A stretch of 64,000 nt of DNA from positions 19,530,001 to 19,594,000 of the forward strand of contig NC_045715.1 in assembly GCF_009834535.1 (NCBI RefSeq), written 5' to 3'. The notes under the pieces are model-generated. The model saw only the letters and a list, made by a program, of their open reading frames with translations, ran no database searches and had not been told where the DNA came from. This document shows, piece by piece, positions 37,912 to 50,968 of this stretch (its first letter is position 1; each line of letters begins with the position of its first letter). The stretch comes from Camelus ferus. Its lineage: Eukaryota. The translations under genes were made by a program, and so were the position numbers.

Positions 37912-39289
37912 CCTGAAGAAATCCAGAGAACTCTTCTGAGGCATAAATAAATAGGCTATAAGAAAGTTGAGAGGTGAAATTATATTGCTTCTCAAGTTGT
38001 TTACTATTTGTAAAACAAAGAAAACTGTATAAAGGAAAACCAAATGGGAAAGTCTAGTCTTGTTGTGTTAAACAATGCATTCCTACATAATGTAAGGGAA
38101 AGTTGAATAAATGGGACACTATCCATGGAATCTTAATGTTGAATTTTTTGGGGACATATCAGCTTACAAAACCAATTTGTTATGTATTCTTTTGTGTTGT
38201 TGAATGAAATCACATATAGACACTTGCCAATATTACTCATATATTGTGTAGTTGGGTAGTACTTACACCTGTTTATCTGTGTGTTCCCTGTATATTAACA
38301 TATTATACTGTGAGCAATAAAATGTTTATGCTGTTATTTTAAGGACCATGGCTACTCAACTGGAAAAGTAAATGTTAACTCACATATGACTTAAAGGAAA
38401 TTTGTAAGCAATATGTCATGATTTCTTTTTCTTCAAGCAGGGAGGCAAGTAAGTTATTAAAACAAATAATTGCGAATACTAATTAACAGAGATACAGTAA
38501 CCAATGGTTTACCTAGAGTTTTGTAAACTCTGACTCCAAAGATGTTTTATAACTCAATTGGATAGTCAAAGGTTACTGTAAAATACTATTAAAAGTCGAG
38601 GCAGAAAAAAAAAAGGTCGAGGCAGATTGAAAAAAACATTTCAGGAATACCTTTCTAGCTCATTAGTATGTTATTTTCCCCTCAATTTGTGGTCCTGAAA
38701 AATTTTAAGCTTCAAAACTCTTCCTATTTATTTATTTTGCTTTTCTATTTCTATACGTTTTTACAGATTGTAATGTGATGCAATATGATGTAATAATACC
38801 AGTGAAATATGAGGAATTCATCAAATTTTGTCTTGTTTTTCTTACCTGTCACCAAACCTATACTAAGTGAAAGCCAATAAATCATAATTGCTGAAGTATT
38901 TTAGGAGCTAATAGGCAAGACTTACTATGTTCCTTATTTTGTAAGTTCCTAGAAGTGGCTGCTGGGCTGAAACAATGGTGGGTGCCAGCGTTTACAATTA
39001 TTTACAGATACAGACAGATCAGACTATAAAAGAATATTTTGAGCTCATGGACAGACTGTTCAAATTTTTTATATTCACTTTGTAAACCCAAACAATTTGG
39101 TTCTAAGCTTATCACATGCTTTTTCTGTCTTCTAACTTTATCTTCTTTGGTCCTTCAATTCTGATTTTGTTTATAAAAGAATATATGTGTGGAGAAGGCA
39201 TCTTCTATCCTGAACTGTCACAGATCAGAATTTTTTATATAATCCACCCTGTGTGAAGGCTGTAAACTATAGAGGAACCCATAGGTTCT

Positions 39290-39660
39290 GGTTATCTCTT
39301 GCTGCATAACATACTATCACCCAAAACACAGAAGGTTAAACACTTAGTTAATTAAATCGCATTATTCTGTGGGTCAGAGATTCAGAAGAACACAGCAGGG
39401 CAGGGCTGACTCTGTTTAATAGTGTCTCAGGCCTCAGCTGGGATGACTTCAACAGCTAGACGTGAATCAGCTGGGCGCTGACAAAGTCTGTTTCTCTCTC
39501 TCCAGTTTCTCCACATGGCTATCACGTGCTTCTTCAGAAGACATGCTTCAGGCAGACTTTTTACATGGGGGCGAACAGACCAAGACAAAAGTTGCCAGTC
39601 ATCTCACAGACAAACCCGAGGACCCAAGACACTTTCTGCCATCCAGAGTAACTGGGACTG
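39290..39660 (+). mobile_element. MLT1 (MaLR) LTR
   Basis: ttgctgcataaca...ttctgtgggtcaga...ggcctcagctgggatgact...tctccacatggc. Confidence 0.75.
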
Positions 39661-39899
39661 CTATATAGTTTAATTTTTTGACCCTGGGAAGTCCTGACTC
39701 CTTTAATTTTTCTCTAAATTTTGCATGAAAATAGATTGGTTTGTTTTTAGCTTATCTCATTCTTCTGTATTTTATAATAGTCAACTAAAAGAAGTCAGTT
39801 GTAACTTTCACCATTCTTTCTGATAATCTCATTTGCAAAATTCATGGGTTTAATCCATGAGTTTAACCCATTCTGTCTTCCATTTTACCATATGGAAAT

Positions 39900-41480
39900 C
39901 TTTTTTTGTTTTCAAGCCGATCGTTAGAGATAAATCCCTGCATAAATTAACTGAGGATGTCCTGGGGCTGTGAAGGAAGTAAAGAGATTAAACCCAAAGG
40001 AGTTGTAAGTATTAGCCACTATGGACTGGTAGAAGTAATCACAGAGTTGGATTTTGAGGATGCTTAATCAAGAGACTGGAACATAAAACTGAATTAAAAA
40101 AAAAAAAAAAGAATGCATTAACTTGACTTAGGCAGAGATACCAGGGGATGGGGCAAACCTGATGCTAGTGTGGCTCTTAGAAGCCTAGAAAGAAGTCAGT
40201 GGCACATGCTAATCAATGATGAAATCCCTGCGTTGCTCTGGCAGATCACAGAGAAAGAAAGAAAGCAACTCAAGGGAAGTGGGATATTGGAATGGACATA
40301 TTATGTGAGGCCAGATAATCCACCATAATATTATGCTACATGGGAGAGTTTAGGGGAGATATGCCATTCAACAAGGCCATTAGGAATGTTCTGGTAGAGG
40401 AGTACCAGAAGTACTAAATTCAGTAATGATTTTAGACCAGGGCTGATGACTGGGGATGTAATCACAGAGCTGTACTGAGAGTAGAAATGAAGAGGAAGGG
40501 GCACTATCAAACAGACAGTAGGATTGAACCACCAGAATTCAGCAGCTTACGATGTCCATAACTAACAGTGAGAAGAGGGGTGGTCACAGAGGGCTGTGGA
40601 GATGGTTAATGTAATATTGTGTCCCTAGGGGAAAATTAGGCAGCAGTCAGTGAGGGTGCTGCTTGATATATGTCAGAACAAAAAAAGTGGAGGAGCAGGA
40701 GACTGAGAATGGTCTCCTTAATAAAATGGCACAATTCCCTGCCAGTTTATTGACCAAAGCCAATTTTCAGATGCAGAACACATTGCCTGAAAATGTCCCC
40801 CAGGAAGAATTGACAGTCACACTATGGCAAACATTTACTGAAAAGATACCCCCATTAACTCCCCAAATGGAACTCTCTCCCTTTTGCAGATGACTGTTAA
40901 CTGAGAAAAGAGAAAGAGAAAAATTCCTAGATATTTCAAGGACTATTGCACATACTGTCTGACTTGACATTAAAAGTGCTGTCACCAGAGCATCATCATT
41001 GCCCCCCTATTAGAGTGAGCATACAGAGGCCAGGTGATAAATAAAGTCATGCTTAGCCTGGCTTACAGTGGGGCACCTGTTAGTGCAGATGCATCCCAAC
41101 TGTCATTCTCCAGCCACTAGAGGTACACTTGACATACTTAAAAGGTATTGTAGCTCTATCTCATGTCTTAGTCTGTGGGGAAAGCCAAGTGGAAGACTTT
41201 CAATCTGCTTCATCAGGCTAGGATATTACACTAAAACAATACCACATCTTGGGAAGGATAGCCAAGATTTGTGCCCCACACCCAGTTATCAAAAGACTGA
41301 AAGATCACTTGCAGAGATTAGCTGGATCCTGGATAATGACTACAGACTGTGCCAAACCCAACCAAGTACTAATCTTTCTCCCAGCTGTCATGCCAGACAT
41401 GGTATTATGAATAGAGCAGATTAACAGGGTTTCAGGTGCATAGTATACCCGTACTGATTTGGCAAATGCATTCTTGTTTC
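39900..41480 (+). mobile_element. ERVL internal relic (gag, protease, start of RT)
   Basis: 41324-41476 translates GSWIMTTDCAKPNQV...PDMVL*IEQIN...G A*Y..TDLANAFL, matching the ERVL RT N-terminus (GSWRMTVDYRKLNQV...EQIN...DLANAFF) as recalled. Contains stops. Confidence 0.85.
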
Positions 41481-41749
41481 CTGGGAGCACCCAAAGAGTA
41501 AATGTTTCAAGACATCCAGAAAGATGTTGCAAGGTATCTTATGATCTACCCTCAAAAGTCCCAGAACAAGTCACTGTACCAGCACGAATCAAAGAAGAAA
41601 AGAACACCAAAGGGTATCAATTCTGGGAGGCATGTTTCACTGACCATCCATGTTTCAAGACTGGCTACCACACTGTTTTGAGACTCATTGTGACACTCCA
41701 ATCTGAAGAGTTATGTTTTTCTTTCTACCTAGCAAAAATGTACATAATC

Positions 41750-41940
41750 ATTCTAGGTGTCAGACATTAGGCTAAGTACTTCACACATATTAACTCATTT
41801 AATCATCATCATAATCTTTATCTTTATTTTATACATGCGTTAATAAAGGCACATGTACGTTACGTTTGCCCAAAGTTTTGAGACAGTGATTGGCAATGAT
41901 GGATTACAAGTCCAAGCACTGTGGCTACAGTCTTTTTCTT
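41750..41940 (-). mobile_element. MIR fragment
   Basis: ggctaagtacttcacacatattaactcatttaatc...tttgcccaaag. Confidence 0.7.
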
Positions 41941-42705
41941 AAACATTGTACTGTGCTTTCTCCACAGTTACCTCTTCAAATGTAACCCATTCTCCCTGTT
42001 ATATTCTGCGTGACTTCCTTTTTATCTGATGTGGTGGGAAATTTTCTGTTTTCCATATTCTTTAACTTATTGTTCATATAATTAATCTACTTATTGTCTA
42101 GGTCTGCATTTCAATTTTTATCTCAGATCTTCCTTTCACTTTACAATTGTTCTCTTTAGCTTTGTTCAATCAGCAATTTGACCCTATCAATAAGTTTTTA
42201 ATTTCAAAGATTCTGTGTTTTATTTCTAGAAGATTTTCATGGTTCTTTTCCAAACCTGCTTGTTGTTTTTAAAATAATATCTTTATCTTTCTTTAGGTTT
42301 CCATTTCTTCTTTTATCCCTGTAATAATTTTTAAAACTTTAGTTGATATTAAAATCTTCTTTTATATCAAATCCTAAAGATGCTGCTCTATAAGTTTATC
42401 TCATTCATTCATGCTGTATTTTTCCTGACATATTTTATACTATTTAATGTGCTCTATCTATAAGAAGATGTTCAAGACATAGTAGTCAATGGAAAACCAG
42501 ATTACAAACTTCCATGATCCAACTTGTTGTGTATATATATATATGTAACTAATATTTCTAAGTTTGATTTATGTTGCCATTTTGCATGTCTATTTTTATA
42601 TTAAATATTCATAGCCTATTTAAATAAAGAAATAATAAAAGATAAAAGTAAAAAATTTTAAGTTAGCACTTAAGAATTGTTGCTCTACCGTACTCATTAT
42701 TTCCT

Positions 42706-43100
42706 CTTTTTAAATTGAGATATACTTGATTTACAATGTTTTGTTAGCTTCTGGTGTACAGCATAGTGATTCAGTTATGCACATATATATACTTTTTTTC
42801 ATGTTCCCTTTCATTATAGGTTATTACAAGCTATTGAATATAGTTCCCTGTGCTACACAGCAGGATCTTGTTGTTTATCTGTTTTCTATATAGTAGTTTG
42901 AATCTGCTAATCCCAAACTCTGATTTACCACTCCCCTCTTTCTCCTTTGGTAACCATAACTTTGTTTTCTATGTCTGTGAGTCTGTTTTGTTTTGTAAAT
43001 AAATTTGTTTATGTCACTGTTTTAGATTCCACATATAAGTGATATCATATGATATTTATCTTTCTCTGACTTACTTCACATACTATGATAACCTCTAGGT
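42706..43100 (-). mobile_element. Cetartiodactyl-type L1 3' end
   Basis: tttacaatgtt...ctggtgtacagcatagtgattcag...tggtaaccataac...tagattccacatataagtgatatcat. Confidence 0.9.
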
Positions 43101-43317
43101 CCAGCCCCATATTCATTTTTCTCCATTGTATAGCCTTGCCTTCTTTCACATATTCATTTTTAGTATGACTATGATAACTATAAAACTTTTCACAGAGAAA
43201 TGTCAGAACACAACAAAGTTATTCCTCCCCAGCCAAGCCTGGAAGACACCCCAACAGAGATATCCAGAGTCCAAACAAATTTTTTACCACCATCCTTTCT
43301 CAATCAAGTGTTTCAGA

Positions 43318-44247
43318 TTATTTAATGCAGAGAAGCCTCCGTAGTGCCTGATGAACCTCCTTATTCCTCAGGGTGTAAATCACAGGATTGAAGAGAGGGG
43401 TGACCACAGTGTAGAGCAGGGCAAAGACCTTGGAGAGGAGCTGGGAGTGGACAGCCGAGGGTGCAATGTACAACACCATGAGAGTTCCATAGAATGTGGA
43501 CACTACAGCTAGGTGGGAGGAGCACGTGGAGAAAGCCTTTCGTCTGCTGGCCCCAGCAGGAACTCTCAGAACAGCCAGCACGATGCGGGCATAAGATGTC
43601 AGGGTCAGTCCAAAGGGAACAGTGAGGCAGACCACAGAGAGAATGAATGTTGTCATCTGGGCTGCACTGGGATCTGAGCAGGCCAGGCTCATCAAAGGCA
43701 TAAAGTCACAGTAAAAGTGGTCAATGTGGTTGAGGCCACAGAATCTCAATTGAGCCATTAGGGCCACAACCAGTCCATCTACCATGAAGCCCGAGAGCCA
43801 GGCTATGACCACCAGCCCCAAGCACCATTTGGGCCCCATCAGGAGTGGGTAGCGGAGTGGGTAGCAGATTGCCAGGTAGCGATCATATGCCATGACAGCC
43901 AGCAGGAAGCATTCAGCAGTGGCTAGAGAACCAAAGATAAAGAACTGGAGCAAGCAGCCAGCCACCGAGATGGCTGCCTCCTGCAGGAAGCCCTCCAACA
44001 TTTTTGGCACCACTGTGGAAGTATAGAGGATCTCCAGGAAGGACAGATTAGCCAGGAAGAAATACATGGGTGTGTGGAGCCTCTCAGAGCTAACCACTGC
44101 CACAATGATGAGCATGTTCCCTGCAATGATGGAGGCGTAGGTGAGCGTGAACACAATAAAGAAAGGGAGACTCAGTTCAGCTACGTCATAGAAACCAAGA
44201 AGGACAAACTCAGTAATAGTCTGGTTGCCAATGGAGACAATTTCCAT
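43318..44247 (-). CDS. OR11A1: Olfactory receptor 11A1 orthologue, 309 aa
   Basis: Starts MEIVSIGNQTITEFVLLGFYD, with LHTPMYFFL, MAYDRYLAIC, KAFSTCSSH and NPVIYTLRNKEVHQAL, matching human OR11A1 as recalled. An in-frame upstream ATG lies at 44256. Confidence 0.92.
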   Translation of the reverse strand: MEIVSIGNQTITEFVLLGFYDVAELSLPFFIVFTLTYASIIAGNMLIIVAVVSSERLHTPMYFFLANLSFLEILYTSTVVPKMLEGFLQEAAISVAGCLLQFFIFGSLATAECFLLAVMAYDRYLAICYPLRYPLLMGPKWCLGLVVIAWLSGFMVDGLVVALMAQLRFCGLNHIDHFYCDFMPLMSLACSDPSAAQMTTFILSVVCLTVPFGLTLTSYARIVLAVLRVPAGASRRKAFSTCSSHLAVVSTFYGTLMVLYIAPSAVHSQLLSKVFALLYTVVTPLFNPVIYTLRNKEVHQALRRLLCIK

Positions 44248-44499
44248 GAGGATCATCCAAGTTTCTGCTTGGCAGTGATTAAGGGAGAAATTTTAGTGCA
44301 TCTTTGTATCTTCTGCACCAATCCTGAGGTAAGTAGAGCTACGATGAAAAAGATAAAAGTGAGTCTCCAAAACAAGAATCATCTACACAAGTCCTCATCT
44401 GTCCCCCTTTATAGTTGCTTACACCTTTTCCAACTCCTGTTCTTCCCTGCATTCCTTAATTGTGCATATTCTTGAAGCCCCAAGAGAATTTATTCAAAC

Positions 44500-45350
44500 T
44501 CATCATTTCAGTCTTCAGAGCCCTTTAACTTAATAGTTCAATGTAACACTTTTATGATACAATAAATTTCACCATCCTAGTCTGTACAACCAGCCATAGA
44601 GCCTTTCTCATGAGCAACAGTGTAATACCCTCCCAATGCCTGTAAGACATGTTCTATCAACTCAAAATTGGCCTGATCACAACCAGCTCCAATGCGAGTG
44701 GTTTGAAAACTCCACCTGATACCCAAGCTTGCTATATTATAGTCATCTTTATCTTAGTACTATCTCTCATTCCTCATACCCCAATCCGTGAAATCTTATC
44801 AATTGTTGCTTGGAAAATGCCTATATATTCCCTCTTCACTGTCGCACCATTAATCTCACAACCTCTTTGCAACTATCTTAGCACACTTGCTCTCTGTGTA
44901 GCCTTCTAGTCTCCAGATTGATTGCCCTCTCCCATCTCAAAATAATTTTAAATACTAGTTTCATCAAATCATTCCAAGATTTTGTAGTGCAAATGTGATA
45001 AATCATAACATTGAGAAAAGTGTAGATGCTGTGGGAGCAGAGAGATCAAACACAGACTGGGAGAGGAGGAGGGTGTGAGAATAGAGGTCAGAGAAGGCTC
45101 CCTGAAGAAGATAGTTGTAGGCTGTTTTGGAGGACAGATAAGAGTTGGCCAGGCAAAGGACAGGCATATAAGCATAGCATTCCAGGCAGGAGAGACATAA
45201 GTGAAAGCAAAGATGTGTAATTGAGTTCTTGAAGAGCTAAAAAATGGATCTGTGTACCTGCAAGGAAGATCTCATATGCTATCTGAAGGGACCTGTGTGT
45301 TTTATATTAAAAACAATGAGGATACATTAAATGATTGGAAGCAGAGGGGA
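44500..45350. mobile_element. L2 fragments in both orientations
   Basis: L2-like segments such as gagaaggctccctgaagaag...ccaggcaaagga...attccaggcagg. Confidence 0.5.
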
Positions 45351-45465
45351 AAGGTACAGAAAAAATGCAGATTTTCCTGTGTGTCTGTGTGTGTGTGTAG
45401 TAAAATAAAAAAATCTGCTAGCAGAATTTGTGAAAATATGGTTGCCATCTGTTTGGGAGTGTTTT

Positions 45466-45555
45466 GTTTTGTTTTGTTCCTTTAAGTGGAGGTACTGAAC
45501 CCAGGGCCTCATCCATGCTAAGCACACACTCTACCGCTGAGCTGTATCTATTTCC
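45466..45555 (-). mobile_element. tRNA-derived SINE (vic-1-like)
   Basis: Reverse-complement head and B box. TSD ttgggagtgtttt at 45453-45465 and 45560-45572. Confidence 0.85.
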
Positions 45556-47928
45556 ACTCTTGGGAGTGTTTTAAAGGTTCACTGATATGAAAACTATTTT
45601 CAAGTTATACCATAATCCTGGCGTTTCAGACTACCACATTCCCTTCTATTTTTGAAAGGACTGGGGAAGTGGGGAGAAAGAGGAAGGTAAAGAGGAGGTA
45701 GTAGGATGTGAGTATTGTAGAGAAATGGGGAAGACATTGCAACAGCAGGGTTAAGTGGGTAAGAGGCCATCATTCCCTTGCAAGCAGAGAAGACCATGGA
45801 CTAGGGGAAGAAGCTGAATTTCGAATTGGAAGACTCCAAGGAATGCAGGACGAGTTTGAAATCAAGACAAAATTTACTGTACTATCTGGTAGGAAAATGA
45901 AAACAGTGCAAAATATGTGTCCATTTTCTGAAAAACAACCAATCACAGACTCAACCCTATAAAGGTGAAAGTTATAGCGTGGATCCCTCCAAGTTATCAT
46001 CATTTCTGGAAAAGAAATTCGAAGTACATTCCAAGAAAAAAATATTTGAAGAAATATAGACCAAACTAACCAATTTTAATTTAGCTTTGAAAAATGAGGA
46101 CAAACTTATTCTCATATATTTTGCAATGTCTGCTAAGCTGGTTCTTTTTATAAACAGGAAACAATAGTAAATAAATTCTGGTTTAGTTTGAATTTTTAAT
46201 CTGCTCTCTTCAAGGCTCTTTGGCATTTACTCTAAAATAAGGCAGAAATATATAGTAAAGAAAATTGTAAAGAAAACAACTTGAGTTTAAGTGTATCCCA
46301 CAAGTTTTGTTATCCCACAAAAAAAGTAGGAGGATAAATTCCCACCATGAAAATAAAAAATGTATGAGGATGTCCTACTCCATAATATACTCCAACTGAA
46401 ACTGTTCTCGTGAATATCTGCTGCTCTTCATCTCCAGGAGAGATGAGATACAAGAAATAAGCTGGGATGCAGCCAGAAGGACTCAAATTCTGCTTCTTAC
46501 TGATTCAGTGGGAGACACTGCAGCACTACGATTCTGGAGGAAGATGGCAGCATTTCCTTAAATGTCTTTGAAAAAGAGACTTTTTGCCTCTCTGGCTTAG
46601 ATGAAACGTGTTACTGATCAGAGGAGAAAACTCCATAAAGAACAATTCTTTAGCTTCTTTTCAAGGATCTGTGAACTAAGCTGTGAACCATTATACAAAA
46701 ATAGGAAACTCACCTGCAATAGCAATACTAAAGGGAAAAAAGAAAACCTTAAGAGATGAAGTCTTCAGAATGCTGAGGCTTCCCACATTCAACTCCTCCC
46801 TCCTTGAGCTCAGTCTGAAATAATGTAGGACTTTGATTAGGAATGTCGCATGCGTCACCCTCCACTCCCCAGAGCAATTCTCTCCTCCACTCTCCATCGC
46901 CTTTTCTGGCTCCCAGACTCTTCTGGCTTTTCCTTGTAGGTCCTTCCCTTTATCACAAAGGAGGGATGACGATTGCCAAGAGGAGAGAGGCCCCTGAGAA
47001 CCAATTACTGATTGACTGGAAAGCAGCCTTAAATGAAAAAGAAATATCAGCCCCCTGAGATACATTTTTCCAGACGAGGTTCCTGAACAGTTGGCTTGAC
47101 CAAAAATAGGGCAGAAACCAAGAGTCATATGGGAACCCACGTTTCCATCCCCATGAAGGCTAATACTCTCCACCAAGCATCTAATCCCCCAATTTCCAGT
47201 CTCTTCCCCAGAACTCATCACAAAATTCTCCTAAGTTCTCTGTAGCATCCCTAAACCACGCCCACCACTAGTGGTCCTCCCAGAAGACTGCTCCCAACCC
47301 TCACTCCCTACCCTCCAGCTTTTGGACTCCCTTACCATCCCAGAAAACTATTTCAATTGAGACAGCCCTTACTACGAGAATTTTATAGAGATTATCAAAG
47401 CCTTGCCAACGTTGGGCCTGCTTTAATGGGAAGGAATAGCCTCTTCCATTTTTTTTTATTTCTTATTCTTTGTTTTACCCATTTGCATTTGGATCAATTT
47501 TCTCATTAATCACAGGATTTATTTCTGTATTTGGTAAAACATTGTCCATTGTTCAATTAGATATAAGCTCCTTTAGCAAACCGCACCTTAAAGGAAAAAT
47601 AACACCTCGAAAAATTCTCCACACCCAGGCACCAGGAGCACGGACTTTGACAAACCTGAATTCAGTCATGGCTCTACCTTACTCCCCATAAAACACAAAT
47701 TTATGAAGGGTCTCATTGTCAAGGTCTGAACTGGGGGACATACCATGTCTTGGGTATTTTATACTCTCCCATCATTTCACATATGCTGTTTAATTTTACT
47801 TCTCACAGTAATTTCTGTGGTTGATGTAAAAGACCAGATGATAGAATAAAGCTGGAGAGGAGACCACATAACTGAGGACATCTCAAGATCATATGTCTTC
47901 TCCTTGCCCAGGTGAGCCACCCAGCTGA

Positions 47929-48837
47929 ATGGAGAGAGCCAGCCGCACACTGGTCACTGATTTTGTCTTCGTGAGATTTTCCAACTCTCCAAGGGTTCAG
48001 CTGCTCTTTTTCTCCCTCTTCCTCCTGATCCACCTCTCATCTCTGGTGGGCAGTGCACTCATTGTGCACACTGCGGCTGTGGATGGGCGCCTCCACACTC
48101 CCATGTACCTCTTTATCTGCAATCTCTCCTTAGTAGAGCTCTGGTACACCACGGTGACTGTGCCCAAAATGCCGGCCAATTCTCTAAATTCCCAAGGGGT
48201 CATCTCAGGTCTCAGCCACATCAGCCAGTACTACTTCTTCTCTTTGGCCACCGCAGAGCTCTTCATTCTCACCACCATGGCCTTTGATGTGGCACTGCCA
48301 TCTGCCAACCATTCCTCTACCCACTGCTGCTCAGCCCTCAGACTTGGGGTTCTCTGGCTGGGTCTGCTGGCTTGTGGGATTCCTCTGGCCCATGTTCCCC
48401 TCATTCCTTCTTACACAAATCTCCTTCTGCACCCCCAACCAGATCAACTGATGCCAATCAGACTTTCCGCCTTTCTTGCACAGACACGTATGCCATCCAA
48501 ACAGTGGGCTATGCTTTTAGCACTGTCACTATCCTGGAGGCCCTGGTCTTTACCATGGCTTCCTATGCCCCAGTCCTGACCACAATTCCAGCCATGGCCT
48601 CGGCCGCTGCTCGACGCAAGGCCTTTTATACATGTGCAGCCCATCTTTCTGTGGTCACCATCAACTTCAGTACTCTGGTATTCATGTATGTCCCCCACAG
48701 TAAAGTATGAGTCAAATGTCCACAAGATTGTGGCTATCTTCTACTCAGTCATCACCCCACTTCTCAGTCCTCTCATCTATACACTCCGTAACAAAGATGT
48801 CAAGGAAGCTGTGAAGGTGTTGGTGTCCCAGATCTAA
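47929..48837 (+). pseudogene. Decayed OR pseudogene, family 6/11-like
   Basis: OR motifs are spread over several frames: LHTPMYLF, ELWYTTVTVPKM, MAFD (frameshift near 48288), [10 protein letters not shown] and [13 protein letters not shown]. Several frameshifts and loss of the TM3 cysteine. Confidence 0.88.
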
Positions 48838-50529
48838 AAAGTGCCTCCCAAACAGGCAGGCAAAGTGAGTGTGCCACAGAAGTCAGAGAAAGCAAAGCTG
48901 GTGGAATACTCAACAGAATATAACCCCTAACCATTGACTTTCACCTGTGCAATGTACCTTTTTTAATCATTAAGTTTGTATAGTTGCTTTTTGTGAGTTA
49001 TCTGTGGCACATTTTAAGTGAAAGAGTTTCTCCTCCTGCTGCCCACTGTGTCTATTAGCTGTCTGTTCCTTCAATTGCTCAGCTTCTCCAGAAAGCAGAT
49101 AATCTCACGTCAATATAAGTGCAGAGAAATGGCACAGGCTTTGCGGTCCGCGCATCTGGGTTGGAAACCAGCTCCCCACTTGTTACCATCAGCTAAGTAA
49201 GCCAATAAGACTTCTGCAGAGATAACACCAAAGAACATCGAATCTTTTTTACTTTCCTCGGAGGGAAGTTCTGATGTTCAATTGACCTAATAACACATAA
49301 AGCAATAAACAAGTGTTGGTTTATTTGATTACATTAGCCTCCATCAACCATAATTACAAAGATCAGACTTGACTTCTGCCAACATACTTATTTTTTCACA
49401 ATGTAATTTTTTCCTATCATAAAGGCAAAGCATGTTCATTACAAAGAAGTCAAATATTAAAGAATTGCATGGCATAAAAGTATGAATCTATCCTCTATTT
49501 TAATCAAGAAAATGATTTTCAGTAGTATCCATGATGGTGACTGCAGGATCTTCAACTAAAAGACTTTTTTTTTATTCCTGTGATTTAAAATATCTGCCAG
49601 ATAAGCCAAACATAGATTTTATTTAAAAATAAAAAACTTATTTTTAAAAATCAGACTTCTGAAAGCCAGACATTCTACATGGTAGACAAGCTCCTTGTAA
49701 TATGACCTCATTTCATGACGAAATCTTTTTAAATTCAATGAAAAGAGCCCTGCTCCTGATTGCTTCTGATGTCTATTTTGACTGTTGATTTTCCGTATTG
49801 TTGGAAACATCTATTGCCAGAGCATGCCTATGTAAAGCATCACGAATGATAGGAATTTGGGAGCTTTCTTCATCACTAAAGTATCAAAACCAGATGTATC
49901 ATTAAACATCACAGAAGCTCCATCTGAGCAGAGTGTGAAGATTTTCTCTACAAAGTTTAGTTTTAAAAAAAAATCTTGTAGCATTTCCAAAATAACAATA
50001 GTTTTAATAGTTTACAAAGAAAACTCGTAAAGTAGAAATTCTCTGATAGCATCAGCTTGAGCAAAGCAAACAGCAAACAAAAAGAGAGAGAGAGAGAGAG
50101 CTGGTACACTGAGAGATATCTGCAGTTTCACCCAGCTGTGCACGACAGAGAACCGAGAAGGCTGCTGTTCCTTGTTGATCTACTTTGAAATATTTAAAGA
50201 AATATCAACAATTCCAGAACAAGTTTTATCTTTAACAAAGAAATAGCTTCCAATTTTTCTCAGTTCCCTTCTGCAAACTACCCTTTTCCATGGCCCCTCC
50301 TTCAAAAATCCTCCAACTCAGGCTTCTTTGGTTTGGGAATTTGAAAGCAACTTTACCTTGTACGCTAAGAAAATGTTTTTATGATTTGGCAAGTCCTCAT
50401 TTGTAAGTGCCCCAGCTTTTTTGGGTGGATTCTTTTCACATAAAAAACACAGAAGCCAAAATACATTTTCAGGATAAACAGATCTGAGGTGCGCTTTCAA
50501 TTCCCAAATCTAAGGGCCTTCAGATTCAT

Positions 50530-50792
50530 TCCTGTTTTCTTCCGTGAGTTTTTTTAGTTTTAGCTCTTATGTTTAGGTCTTTGATCCAATTTAACTCATT
50601 TTTAACTAACCAACTAACTTCTGTATATGATTTAAGGTAAGGATCTAACTTCATTCTTTTGCATGTGATTATTCAGTTTTCCCAGAACCATTTATTAAAG
50701 ATTATTATTTAGCCCATTTAAAGATCTTGGCACCCTTGTCAAAACTCAGTTGACCATTGATGTGAATGTTTATTTCTAGACTCTCAAATTAG
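50530..50792 (-). mobile_element. L1 ORF2 C-terminal fragment
   Basis: tttaggtctttgatcca...ttcattcttttgcatgtg...cttggcacccttgtcaaaa. Confidence 0.85.
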
Positions 50793-50968
50793 NNNNNNNN
50801 NNNNNNNNNNNNNNNNNNNNNNNNNNNNNNNNNNNNNNNNNNNNNNNNNNNNNNNNNNNNNNNNNNNNNNNNNNNNNNNNNNNNNNNNNNNNNNNNNNNN
50901 NNNNNNNNNNNNNNNNNNNNNNNNNNNNNNNNNNNNNNNNNNNNNNNNNNNNNNNNNNNNNNNNNNNN

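Noticed and set aside
37909-37950. Read-through tail after the OR12D2-like stop (TGA-PEEI...SEA) as a recent truncation
   Set aside because: The tail is itself frameshifted, and human OR12D2 as recalled stops at the same place, so the stop is probably ancestral.
7151-45555. Six tRNA-like sequences with A and B boxes as tRNA genes
   Set aside because: They lack a complete acceptor stem, end in A-rich tails and mostly have TSDs, so they are SINE copies.
46691-47221. 176-aa minus-strand ORF as a novel protein
   Set aside because: No recognisable domain and an alternative start codon; a chance ORF in probable promoter DNA.
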